A stretch of DNA of 60,801 nt, filler included, from Dugesia japonica (taxonomy: Eukaryota), in assembly GCA_001938525.1 (NCBI GenBank). It is 6 parts of 6 records of this genome, joined end to end, with 100 filler letters (N's around TTAATTAATTAA, not from the genome) between each part and the next. Parts side by side here need not be neighbours in the genome. Positions count along the whole stretch, not along the records: positions 1 to 16,231 come from MQRL01551733.1; 5 more parts are not named here. The stretch is one strand, 5' to 3'. Both the position numbers and the translations under genes were made by a program. Below are positions 1 to 13,464 of the stretch, one piece after another; positions within the stretch are counted from its first letter, which is position 1; every line of letters starts with the position of its first letter. The notes below the pieces were generated by a model that was given only the letters and a program-made list of their open reading frames with translations, did no database searches and had not been told where the DNA came from.

Positions 1-1149
1 ATTGTTTCTTTCATTATTCATACTGATTTTGTATTTTTACATAATTTATTTTTACAATTTTATTTACAGTATTACATACATTTAAATTTACAATTGATAT
101 GTTTTAATTTTCTCAGCTATTACAATAATATGTAAAGTGTACATCATTACAATAAAAATTGCAAGGAAATTAACTTATTAATACACTAAAAATATTGATA
201 GTATTATGTAAAGTTTAAATCATTACAATAAAAATTTTAATGATAGTTAACTTAATGATAGAAAACATAACACGCGTATTTATCTTCTTATTACCATTCA
301 AATCATATAANNNNNNNNNNNNNNNNNNNNNNNNNNNNNNNNNNNNNNNNNNNNNNNNNNNNNNNNNNNNNNNNNNNNNNNNNNNNNNNNNNNNNNNNNN
401 NNNNNNNNNNNNNNNNNNNNNNNNNNNNNNNNNNNNNNNNNNNNNNNNNNNNNNNNNNNNNNNNNNNNNNNNNNNNNNNNNNNNNNNNNNNNNNNNNNNN
501 NNNNNNNNNNNNNNNNNNNNNNNNNNNNNNNNNNNNNNNNNNNNNNNNNNNNNNNNNNTTTTGTACACTAATTTGTTTGTGATCTGATTGTGCGTCCGAC
601 AATCTAAAGTTTGGTGCGATATCATGTTTCTACTTGACTCTGTCTTCAAAAAACTAAATTTCTTTGTTCCTATTTTTCGACNGGAAGGAAGCATTTTAGT
701 ATAGAAGTGTAAGAGACATTCCTATCGTACTTTTTAATTCTCTATTTGAAAATGTTACTCGTGACATTGAATTACTTGAAAANNNNNNNNNNNNNNNNNN
801 NNNNNNNNNNNNNNNNNNNNNNNNNNNNNNNNNNNNNNNNNNNNNNNNNNNNNNNNNNNNNNNNNNNNNNNNNNNNNNNNNNNNNNNNNNNNNNNNNNNN
901 NNNNNNNNNNNNNNNNNNNNNNNNNNNNNNNNNNNNNNNNNNNNNNNNNNNNNNNNNNNNNNNNNNNNNNNNNNAAAAAAAAATATATAGAAAAAAAAAT
1001 AATAAAAACATAAAGTAAAACAAATTCTTCAATTTCTTCAAAAATCACCATGTATTTAAAACAAATACAAAATAAATTACGTTATTTTGAAGAGGAGGGG
1101 GGACATGTTATTATGTTCGCCTATTAAAATGACTACAATCATTACAAAG

Positions 1150-1850
1150 ACAATGCAACACGTATGAAATTATAATAAAGAAACTGCAACATGAATTCAG
1201 ATATAACAAGGAAAATGCAACACTAATTCAACTATAACTAGGAAAATGTAACTATAACAAGGAAAATGTAACTATAAGAAAGAAAATGCAAAATGAATGC
1301 AACCATAACAAAGAAAATGGAACAATAATGCAACTATAACAAGGAAAATGCAACATAAATTCAATTAAACAAAGTACANNNNNNNNNNNNNNNNNNNNNN
1401 NNNNNNNNNNNNNNNNNNNNNNNNNNNNAAAAAATTTTAATAAAAAAGAAAAACGAAAGAAATTTAAATAAAAAAAACACAAAACAAATATTACAATTCT
1501 TACAAAACTCAATCATTTATTAAAACAAAAAAAACAATGAAATATTAAAACAAAAATTTAACAAGAAAAATGCAACTATAATAAATAAAAATCAACCAGA
1601 AAGCAACTATAACAAGGAAAATGAAACACAAATGCAACTATAACTAGGAAACTACGACACTAATGCAACTATAACAAAGAAAATGCGACACTAATACAAC
1701 TATAATAAATGGAAATTCAACACTACTATAACAATACAACTATAACAAGGAAAATGCAACACAAATTCAACTATAACAAAGAAAATACGACACTAATGCA
1801 ACTATAACAAAGAAAATGCAAATTGAATTCAATTAAACAAAGAACATATG
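1150..1850. repeat. Degenerate ~30-bp minisatellite (CAACTATAACAAGGAAAATGCAACAC-like)
   Basis: CAACTATAAC/AAGGAAAATGC units recur many times in tandem. Confidence 0.8.
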
Positions 1851-3319
1851 TCATATTTGTGCAATGGAAACAATGAAAATGAACGATAAATCAAACTTTT
1901 AATAATGTTTCTTTAGAATATTATGGGATTTTATAGGTTATTTATATAGTTTTATATATTCTGATAGACTTTTATAAGATTTTATTGGTTTGAAAATGTT
2001 TTTAAAGTTCATAAGATTTTGATTAATAAATTTTAAATTAATATTAAATTAATTTTTGTTAAAGTATATTAAATTAAAATGATTGATAATAAATTATTAT
2101 TATATAGAAATTATTTATTTATTTTTGTTTAACTGAGCTACATAAATAAAATGATAGATGACCTTGAAAATCTATAATAAAATAACTGAATATTTATTTG
2201 TTAATTTATTTTAATGATTTTTTTTAAACTTTAAATATAAACCGAATGAATTCAAAGAAAATTATTTCAACAAACATGACGAGAAGCTTTTACATGGAAA
2301 GTTAAATTGATTAATTTATTGTTATTGATTTATATTTTAGACCGAAAAAAAATAAATAAATGATGTGTCTAAGGAATTTTATGACAATATGACAAAGGAA
2401 TTTGTGAAAGAGGTTAGATTTATTAAGATTAAATTTTAGGTTAATGACTTTCTTTAATAATTATAAGTTAATAATTTTAAGTTAATGATTTTATTTTAAT
2501 TTGATTATAATTTCATTTCATTTTTTATTGTAATGATTTAAACTTTACATAATATTATCAAATTTTAACTTAATAATTTTTACTTAATTTTAATGATTTT
2601 AGTTTAACTCCATGATTTGACTTAATGATATAACTTAATTAATATGAAAAGAAGCGCATTTACAAGTAATTTATTTTGTTATTTAAACTAATTAATTTGT
2701 ATTATTAAAATCTAATTTACAATTAAGTTCCAGATTTAAACAACTGTACATAATGACTGTGATTATTCATGTTTTATCAACAATAAATTTTATATTTTGA
2801 TTAGTCTTTTCATTTGTTTTTTATATATTATTTTTAACATTGTTTGATAAGCATCTAATCTTAATATTGCCCAGAGCGATTAATATTGATGATAATATTG
2901 CTCGGGAGAAATTCACTTCAAAATTTGCAAATTTAAACAAAATAAGTTTTCCCATCGATTTTCTATGAAAAATCCATAAAAATCCCTTAATTTAAATAAA
3001 AGTCTCAAAAGTCAGTAAATTTAAACGAATCATAAAAATCAATTAATTTAAACAAATAAAAATTTTAACATTAAAACAAAAATATTAAATCTTCGCGGGA
3101 AAGTCTGGCCGAATGAAAGTTGACATAGAAATTACCTTGACCTACTTTCATTCGACCTTGAAATATTCTACCAATCAGAATTGAGTATACATAGCCACTT
3201 TGACCTTGAAAAAATTTCCTCCAATAACAATTAAGTATACGTAGCTACTTTGACCTTGAAAATTTTTCCATCTCGGGGGGATGGCTACATGCACTACTAT
3301 CTACCTACTCTTGATCAAT

Positions 3320-4200
3320 TTTAAACCACCTAACATATTCGTGAAACTGGCTGATAACCATGACAAATTCTGTCATGCTGTCTGACAATTAAATTCAGTC
3401 CTCTTTAATTTACTTCATGTATAGAATCTGCTCGATAGTTGTATAAATATACAATAACATTTTAATGAACTCTTAAGAGAAAGACTACTTTGCTATGAAC
3501 GAATGTCATATACGTATCTTATTTCTGCCATATATGCAAAGAGCTTCTGTTAATTTTTAGACTCAAATCTTTATATTCTTTTATTTCATGTGGATTATAG
3601 TTAACATTATTTTTCATAATTCCAAAATATTTATAAGCATCGTTTTCATCATTGTTGATATTATGGAAAGCTTCTTTAACGATAGCAAAAATATTTTCTA
3701 TAGATCTCTTATATTTCTAAGTGTTTGTGAGATTTGATCATTTAATTGGTTTGACTTTATTCAAACCCATTTTGTTATTTTATTAGCTCTATTTATCATT
3801 ATGTCGTGACAACGTATATGTCACCTGCACATGCCAAAGTGTTGAATTTTTTATTGTTTATATTTAAACTTTTCCCATAGCACTCCATTTAAAGAGATAT
3901 TAAATAAAAACATTGAGAGTGGGCATCCTTGTCTTACTCCTTTTCTTATCGTTATCGGTCCAATCGTTTTGTTTTCCATTTTCCCATGGAAATAATCATT
4001 TTACAGCCGTGATACAGAGCTTTAATAAGACCAATGTAATTTTTCTTTATCCAATGTTTCTTCAAAATTCTACTTATTACTTTTGATGGCACACTTCCTA
4101 AAACATCTACAATGTCAAGAAAAACTACATGAAAATCTTTCTTTTCTCTTTATGCTTTATATCATTTCATAGTTTGTCTAAGCAAGTGATGGCAGCAAAT
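3320..4200 (-). mobile_element. Decayed non-LTR retrotransposon reverse transcriptase (R2/NeSL-like)
   Basis: The minus strand gives HVVFLDIVDVLGSVP, ITIRKGVRQGCPLSMFLFNISL, TLACAGDI (decayed YADD) and AYKYFGI, with stops and frameshifts. Confidence 0.8.
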
Positions 4201-6122
4201 GGATTAATGTCCTTTGAACGGAAAACTTTGACGTATTTTATTTTATTATGTATATTAGTGTAAATAAACAACTTTGTCCAATAAAGGATTTTGTCCGGTT
4301 TTNNNNNNNNNNNNNNNNNNNNNNNNNNNNNNNNNNNNNNNNNNNNNNNNNNNNNNNNNNNNNNNNNNNNNNNNNNNNNNNNNNNNNNNNNNNNNNNNNN
4401 NNNNNNNNNNNNNNNNNNNNNNNNNNNNNNNNNNNNNNNNNNNNNNNNNNNNNNNNNNNNNNNNNNNNNNNNNNNATTGTAATACTCAAATTTTTAAGTA
4501 TTTTAATGACGCAAAACTGAATTTTGATTTTCCTATTTTAGTTTGAATATTATTTTAAAAAACAGTAGCATTTCTGGAAATAGTTTCATTAAATAAAATT
4601 TCAAACATTCAACAATATAAATAGTTTCAATTTCAGTTTTGATTTGACCTCAGTTGCTAAATAAAATAAACACTACTGATAAGTACAAAAATCAATATCT
4701 GAAATGTTGCAAATGAGTGCTCTTCAACAATTTAATTGCGTAAAAATACGATTTTAATTATTTGAAAAATACGTGACTAATTATCATAANNNNNNNNNNN
4801 NNNNNNNNNNNNNNNNNNNNNNNNNNNNNNNNNNNNNNNNNNNNNNNNNNNNNNNNNNNNNNNNNNNNNNNNNNNNNNNNNNNNNNNNNNNNNNNNNNNN
4901 NNNNNNNNNNNNNNNNNNNNNNNNNNTTATTATTAATGGTATATCCGAAGATTGATTCCTATGATGTCATCAATGACTCCCTTTTATGGATTGAGCTATT
5001 TACTTTGGGTGAGATTATTCAGGAAATCGAAGGAAATTCCAAATTGATAAAAATCTTCTTACTTAAGTAATGAACACAAGACACCTAAAACATTTTATTA
5101 AACATATCATATTATCGGAGTTGTGAACAGCGGTACATTCATTTTTCAGTTTTCGTGTCTCTGGTTTCTGTCCATAACAGGTGATACCTCACACTAATTT
5201 CATAGAGAAAATAATTTTGCCTTATTTCCATACTGTTCTATACAATACCTGTGCGATGGCCTTCTTCATTCTCCTGTATGTTTTGATTACGCGCTTAATT
5301 ATTTTTCGATGTTTGGTTTCTTATCATAATCAAAGATTTCCAGTATGTATATTAATAGCAGTTGGTTTTAACATTAATACATTATTTATTGTTTACAACT
5401 GCAAAATTAAGTTCGAAGAGTTTCTCTGTTTAAGTTTTAATTGTTTCATTTTATGGTTTATATAAATAATGTAATAATCAGTTTGATGACATGTCGCTCA
5501 CCTGCGACACAGACTTTGAAGTTCCACTTACGCTGGCCCTGGTTCTNNNNNNNNNNNNNNNNNNNNNNNNNNNNNNNNNNNNNNNNNNNNNNNNNNNNNN
5601 NNNNNNNNNNNNNNNNNNNNGAGCATGACTATGACAGAATTTTAAAAAAATTAGATCTTTTCAAGTATAATATAGTGTCTTATTAGAATTTCAGTGATTA
5701 ATGAACAATATTTTACAAATAAACGTCAAAAAATTATTAAGGTCAAATAGTGCCATATAAGAAAATCGATGATGTTATTAAAATCAAAAGGAATATATAA
5801 TAAAATACAAAAATAAATAAGTTAATTTATTAAATAAATAAATAAATAAGTCAATAAGCACATTTACACATGCACATCCAGCCAAATNTCGATNTAAATA
5901 CAGTTAATACATGAAAAATTAATAGGGAACGTATAAATTTTATCATGAATGAAAATAATTATTTCTTTCTGTACATACATGCATGCGTCAAATAATACAT
6001 ACCAACTTTTCAATTCATTAAAAAACAGAAAATGGGGTAAAAAACATTTTTTCCATTTAGAAATAATAATGCAATTATTAACTTGATAAACTAAAATATG
6101 AATAGATAGAGTTTAAAATTGA

Positions 6123-7080
6123 TTAGTGTCGGACTCATAAATCGATTAGTATGTGCCATCATACACTTATTTTATAAAAAATCTTTTTTATCTCATTAAA
6201 TTTTTATATTTATGAAGTGTTAGTCTTGTATATTATATCTACAAATTGAAAAGGTGCCTATTTAGTAAATGGTTCCCAAGTTACAACCCAACCGGGTTAT
6301 TTTTGCTAAATGAGTAAATATTTAAATATAAATATTGGGAAATCAATATCGACATATAAGAAGTAATATTTGTTATAATATGCCAAAAAACGCAGAAATT
6401 CAAATTGACATGCGAAAAAATGAATCTAAAACATTGTTTCCTATTTGCCCTCAAATTATAGAAAACGGTATATGAATCAACGAAATCATTATTTCTGTTC
6501 TGAGTAAAAATGCAGTAAGTCATAAAACATCCAAAAAAATGATACAGACGATTTAGATGTGGAAATTTTAATCTTTTATATTATCAGCACCTTGGTTAGT
6601 ACACGAAATTTGCAGATAAAGACCTGGAGAATTTGTTAGATGAAAATTCATGTCAGACTCAAGAAGAACTTCTTAAGCAATTTAGCATTGCTCAATAAAC
6701 CATATCCATATAACTCAGATAGCTGGGAATGATTCAAAAAGATAACAAATTGGTGCCAAGCAATCTTACTCCGGAAAACCGCAGTGTTTCTCTTAATCAA
6801 ATTTAATCAGAAAGATTTTCTGCAAAATATCATAAGAGCAGATGAAAAGGAGATATATTATGAAAACATCAAATGAAGAAAATCGAGAGTACTATCATAT
6901 TAATCTTCCTCGACTGATGTCAAACCTATTAGCTATTCAGCCAAAACCTTGATGGGCATTTGTTGGGATTACACGGAAGCGATGTACTATGAGTTCCTGA
7001 AACCAGGTGAAACAGTAACATCGGAAAGGTACTAAATCCAATTGAGCCATGTGATAGGGGCACTCAAATAAAATAGACTA
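6123..7080 (+). mobile_element. Decayed mariner transposase, 5' two-thirds (Mos1/mauritiana-like)
   Basis: DLENLLDENSCQTQEELLKQF, LGMIQKDNKLVP, DFLQNIIRADEKEIYYEN and CWDYTEAMYYEFLKPGETVTSERY, with many stops. The left boundary is approximate. Confidence 0.85.
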
Positions 7081-7859
7081 ATAAACACATTAAACTTGTT
7101 TAACAAAATACAAACTAATAAGCCCATTAAATCAAATACACTTATTATACCAAATATTCATGTAAATATTGATTCGAAAGTTAAAAATTAATATTAATTT
7201 GGAGATATTAGCACTATTATTACGTCTACCTGAGAGATATTAAATATTAACGATGAATGAGAAGCATCTGATGTCGATAAGTAGTGAAAATAAATCTGTT
7301 TTATATGATTTTAAGGATATCCTATGGTTCTTATAGAATTTTATGTAATTTATAAGGTTTTATTGGTAGTAAAGAATTTGATGGATTACATAGGATTTTA
7401 AGTATTTTCTAGGGTTTTAAAGATTTTATTAATGACATGGTTTATATAATTGTATAGGGTATTATAGATTTGAGATTTATGTATGGGGAGCCATTTTCGA
7501 AATTTTAAAAATGCTGTTCAGTCATAGGTTTTTTATATATCATGAATTTAATTTTATTATTTTAGCTAATATTAAAAAACCCAATTTTGTATTTTAAGTT
7601 TTTAATTTTTATTAAGATTTATTATTAAATTTATTAAATAAAAAAACCAAATTTATGCATTTGATTTCCTGGAGGGAAAAAAGAGAAATGAAGCTTTATT
7701 TTTCGCGTGCATAAAAAATCAACCAAATAGGAGTGAAATTTAATATTTTTAGTTGTAACTTTAAAAATTATAATTGAACCACAAAAAAATTCGAAAAGAG
7801 CCACACTTTGTCCATGTTTCGTATATGTCTTATGGGTTTTAGAAGTTCTATGGTTCTTA

Positions 7860-8437
7860 TTGTGTGTACCGGAATGTAATGCGGATTTTTAAAATTTATT
7901 TTTTATCATATATGATTAAATAGATTTTATTGTTTAAATATTGTATTTTGTTTGAATATTCATTGAATACTAGGATAAACATTTAAATATTTTTAAAGTA
8001 TTAATATTTTTAGATTTAAGCATGACAAAATTTATTCCTGGAAAAGAGCATTTACATGTAGTGATGATCCACTATTTTATTCGTCACATACTTCAAAAGG
8101 AGTAAAAAAAAACATGTTAAAAGATCTAGCCTAGGAAGTACTCACTCACCCGCATACTCACCATATATTGCTCCTTCAGTTTTTTATCTGTTTCAATCAG
8201 TGGCACATGGGCATGCTGAGCAGCAATTCAAAACTTACGAAGTTGTCCGAAAACGGGTCTCTGAATGGTTGAAACAAGAAAAATCCTTTTTGGACGGCAT
8301 CCACAAGTTACCTGAAAGATGGGAGAAATATGAAGTTAATAAAAGACATTTCCTTGAATAAAATATTTTTGTGTATCTTTTAAAATTTTCGTGTTTTGTT
8401 TTTCAAAAAAATCTGCATTACTTTTCGGTACACATAA
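7860..8437 (+). mobile_element. Internally deleted mariner with both TIRs and TA TSD
   Basis: The left TIR TTGTGTGTACCGGAATGTAATGCGGATTTTT pairs with the right AAAAATCTGCATTACTTTTCGGTACACATAA, with TA on both sides. The interior keeps the C-terminus EVLTHP..YSPYIAPS..LFQSVAHG...GIHKLPERWEK. Confidence 0.88.
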
Positions 8438-11400
8438 TATAAGTTTCTATATGGATTGTATAGGGTCTTTACGGGTCTTAAGATTTCTCTGGGGTATTTA
8501 TTAGGTTTTATATAGTTCTATTGGGTCCTAATGGATTTTTTATGGCCTAATAGGGTTTCATAATGGTTTTATTGAGTTTTAAGTGTAAAAATTTTTATAG
8601 ATAATTGAATCCAGTTTTTAGGATTTTTCGTGTTTTTCCTTGGTTTTAAGGGTTTTCAAAAGTCTTGAGGTTTAATAAGATTTTACAGGATTTTTATAGT
8701 ATTATTATGGTGTTTTATAGGGTTTTTATAGGATTTTATTGTATCTTATTTGGTTTTAAATGGTATTATCAAATTCTTTTAANNNNNNNNNNNNNNNNNN
8801 NNNNNNNNNNNNNNNNNNNNNNNNNNNNNNNNNNNNNNNNNNNNNNNNNNTCAATACATACAGCAAACTAATACTTACATATACATAAAAAACCATATAC
8901 ATACAATAAACCAAACACGAATACATATTAAACATAATATACCAATACATATAATAAAATACATCTTATAGAATAATTTCATTAGGACATGTACGCATGT
9001 TAATAAAATTGGCATTAAATGGAATTAGCCATACATATTTTTTATTAAGATGTAGATAAAGGAAAAATAATAAAAACTATTTAGAAGTCAATAAAAGTTT
9101 TCAAATATTACATTACAAATTTTCATATATTACATAGAAGTCAATAAATATTTTTAAATAGAAATAATATGACAAATGAAATTATTGTGAAAACAGGTTA
9201 GAATTTATTGGTTTTATTTTAAATTTAAAGTTAATTTAATGATATATTTTAATGTTTAGTAATTTTTTTATAAGTTTAATGTTATGTAATTAGTTTAATA
9301 TGATTTAAGAATTCTATTTTGATTAAATAATTTACCATTTATATAAAAACAAGACGAATGCATTTAATATGAATAAAAAAAGAATGAATTAAATTGAATA
9401 ATGAAATATTATACCAAATTTAAATAGTTTAGATGCAAATAATATTGAAAATTTTACTGTGTTTTTTGTAAATATTATGACAAATGAAAACAAGTAAGAA
9501 TCTATTTTATTTTAAATAATTGTCATGACACCATACTTTAAATTTTGACTAGCAATAAATACGGCTATGATTCAATCAAGTCAACATAATATAATGAATT
9601 TATTTGAAATTAAAGAATTTATTATTTAGTAATCACATGAAGAAACAAATCAAATCATGCTTTAATCCAACTTATTCCAATTGTATATATTGTGAAAAAT
9701 ATTTTGATTATAATTGGTGTATTTAATATTTGTGTATATTATTATTATTATCATTCTTGTTAATATTGTTTGGAGGAGAAGCTGATTATCTAGGATATAA
9801 GATAATGTTAATATAGCCCGGAAGAGTAATTAATGTTACTATTGTTCTGGAAAAATTATCTTAACTACTTAAAAATTTGAATATTTCGCTTGATTTAAAC
9901 AAAAAATCATTAAATTCGCTTAATTTAAACAAAAATAATTAATTTCGCTTCATTTAAAGAAAAATGATGACATCATTAGTACGCACTCAATCTAAAAAGT
10001 ATTGGTGATTTCAGCAACACAACATTTCGCATCCAAAAATATAATGATGACGTCATATGCCCACACATTAAATTTCAAAATCTAAATAAACAAACGAAAT
10101 CATGATTCACTCCTATCTATCTTCTCAAACATACCGAATTTCTCTAAATTTATTTATACTTTTCTTACTAAAATAGATATTACTAACCTTAACGCACATA
10201 TACATTTAAAATCTTTTTTAAAATATAAAATTATTATTAAATTTGTTGGGGTTTCTGCTAGACGACTCAATATTGCTTTATATCTAGTATAATATACCTA
10301 GTGAAACCCTACGAAGAATTTAATCTAGCGTCCTTGATCTGGATTTTTGGAATAGAGCCGGTGACTTGCAACCCGTAGTTTGAGTACATGCTCGTATTCC
10401 AATGATACTGGTTCATATTTCCTCAATATTTGCATTGGTTTGTCTTATCTTATTTATTATTCTCAAGAATATTTTTTCAACCTGGTATTTCTCGACAACC
10501 TCGCCAATTTGACTAACAATTCACTGATCGAGAGAAGATTCTTCTCATGTGTCGCTTTTGTGACTCAAGGCGTATTTCATCAGGTTATTTAACATCTTTT
10601 TCATCTCCCTCCTTAGTTATCATATCATTCTAATTCTCGTCATTAGAATCGCTACCTTTGTGATTGTCTACGATGACACCTTGCTTGAATTTTAATTATG
10701 TACCATTTCCGGCTGCCATTATTCGTGACTTAATAATATAATCTATAGTCATCTATAATATAATCTATATAATCTATAGTATTATTAATAATATAATCTC
10801 CTGGACCAGGTACTCAGATTAAGTATTATTGCATTAATACTTTATATGAGATATGTGTTAGTGCATCACTGTTATTACCCTTATTACAATTACCATTATC
10901 AGGATTGTTATTGGTATCAAGGTTAGAGGAAGAGTAGGATGGGTAGTCAATAAACAATTCTATAGTATTGTCACGCGATCGCAAGACCATATGTTGGGTA
11001 AATATTATCTAGTCCTTAGTTTATAAGGGATGTACATTATTTTTATTCTTAATCTTATTGCCATCATCATCATTTATTATTATCAATACTCATTCTTATT
11101 ACTCCTTTATTAATCGCTATTATTATCAATTATTAATTAGGTGACCGGAAAATTNNNNNNNNNNNNNNNNNNNNNNNNNNNNNNNNNNNNNNNNNNNNNN
11201 NNNNNNNNNNNNNNNNTTAACCATTTTTAACATATTTAAATAATGTGTATTCAATTATGTACATAAAATTTAATTACTGTTTTTAACATATTTAAACATT
11301 TTAAATTTTAAAACAATAATTATATATCATCTAAATTGATTTTGATAGATTTTTTGAAAATCCTTTTCTGTTTTTTAGAAATTTTTAAATTTATATAGAA

Positions 11401-12912
11401 GAACCAGCAAGAGTGATCAAACAGGCAGCGTTAGGAAATCTAAGTCCAGCCACTCAAGAAACTGTTCAATGACAGAAAAGATTAAATAAAATATTTTATT
11501 TTTGCCATCGCTCCCAGAAATTGTCATCGTCCACCACAAATTGTTCACGCCGAATTTTCCTGCGACGAATTGCCCTAGAACCGTTAATTAATATCATTGA
11601 AATTTAATTCAAGAAATATTACTAACAAAAATCATTATTAGCAAGTTAAAGAATTAATTATTATTGTAAATATTTTTTTATTAATAATTAAAGCAAGTCA
11701 TTTAATTATAAAAATGTATTTGTTTATTTTTTTGAATTCCAAAACTGATGGAATCTATTGGTTGTCTTTAAAACCTTTGTAACTTTCCTCCTGNNNNNNN
11801 NNNNNNNNNACTTAGATTTTATAAATCAACGATATTTTCTTAACCATAATTTTTAAATTTGCTGCTTTTTCCTTAATGAGAAATTACTTTTTTCTCGCTT
11901 TTCGTTCTCGCTTTTTCATAAACTTAGTTCTATTTTGTAATAAATCATTTTAATTTGAATGATATAATTTATTTTAAATAAATTAATTGTTTATTTTATT
12001 TTCTTTTTAATTAGTTTATTAATAGGATTGTTAATTTTCATTCCGCTATTACATCAATTCCTTGGTGATCTTTCTTCTATTTTTTTCCTTCTCTTACATT
12101 TATTTATAGTTGTTTATTTACAGTTGTTAATTTATAGTTAGTTTCTCTTAATCTTCAAATTACTTCTCAGACCAATTTTTGTTGCATGCCTCTTATTCCT
12201 GGGTTTTTATCTTTTTATTGTTTAATGACCTACTCTTCGCTTTCCACTTAATTGTTGATTTGGGGATGTTCTACCCCAACAAATTTAATTAAAACTAAAA
12301 TTGTATAAATTAACTCAAATTTTATCACAGAACATTGATTAGTAAAAAATTTCAATAGTTTATTGAAATATAATTTAGTTTGTATTAAGTATGCTGTGAA
12401 ATTCTTCTTTATTTAACTCAATTAATCATTGATTTTATTCATTGACAATCTCAATGGTTTGATATCAACTAAATATACAAAAACTAATTCCAATAAATTA
12501 AAAAGTTTGGATCTAATTTAATTTAACAANNNNNNNNNNNNAACAAAATAAAACAAAGAAACCAACTTCATTAAATTAAAAGCTTTGACAAAAATGTTTT
12601 TCTTTTATATTTTTTATAATTATTTCAATTATTGTTAGTAATTTAAATTTTTTACATTTGTCTTTTTCAAGATTCAACTTTTTGATCGATTTAATCAATA
12701 TTAGAAAATTTTTCAAAATTGTTTGATTTTATTGATATTTTATTGGATAATTTAAAATTAATTTAAATAAAATTTATTTAAGTGTGTTTTAATTATTATA
12801 GACTACATTGATTTTAGATTTAGTCTCTTTGATCAATATTTCTTCATGTTTCTTCCTGTNNNNNNNNNNNNNNNNNNNNNNNNNNNNNNNNNNNNNNNNN
12901 NNNNNNNNNNNN

Positions 12913-13460
12913 NTAGTGAAATATTATGTTTGTGTTGAAAGTGTTTGACGACTTTACTTACTTTCTGTTTAAGATGTTGCTTAATTCTTGTTCGGATGGT
13001 TCTGCATGTTTATCCTATATATGTATTCTTACATAAGGTGCATGTTATTTTGTAAGTGATATTTTTTATTGCATATATTTCTACAATCATAAAAGTATTT
13101 GAGACTATATAGNNNNNNNNNNNNNNNNNNNNNNNNNNNNNNNNNNNNNNNNNNNNNNNNNNGTTATATGATGTTGTTCTAGTGAAATATTATGTTTGTG
13201 TTGAAAGTGTTTGACGACTTTACTTACTTTCTGTTTGAGATGTTGCTTAATTCTTGTTCGGGTGGTTCTGCATGTTTATCCTATATATGTATTCTTACAT
13301 AAGGTACATGTTATTTTGTAAGTGATATTTCTTTTATTGCATATATTTCTACAATCATAAAAGTATTTGAGACTATATAGGTTTTGTCTTGGTTGCAGAA
13401 ATCGGATAACCAAAGGATTTGGATTGGATTTTATTGTAAAAAAACCAATATTTTGATTTA
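12913..13460 (-). mobile_element. Penelope-like GIY-YIG endonuclease fragment (partly duplicated across a gap)
   Basis: CRNICNKRNITYKITCTLCKNTYIG*TCRTTRTRIKQH. 12913-13112 is a near-identical copy of 13180-13380 beside N gaps. Confidence 0.8.
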
Positions 13461-13464
13461 GGNA

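Noticed and set aside
215-1512. ORF-track entries with long X runs (also near 4238-5686, 36622-37169, 42926-43725)
   Set aside because: They are open only because they cross N gaps.
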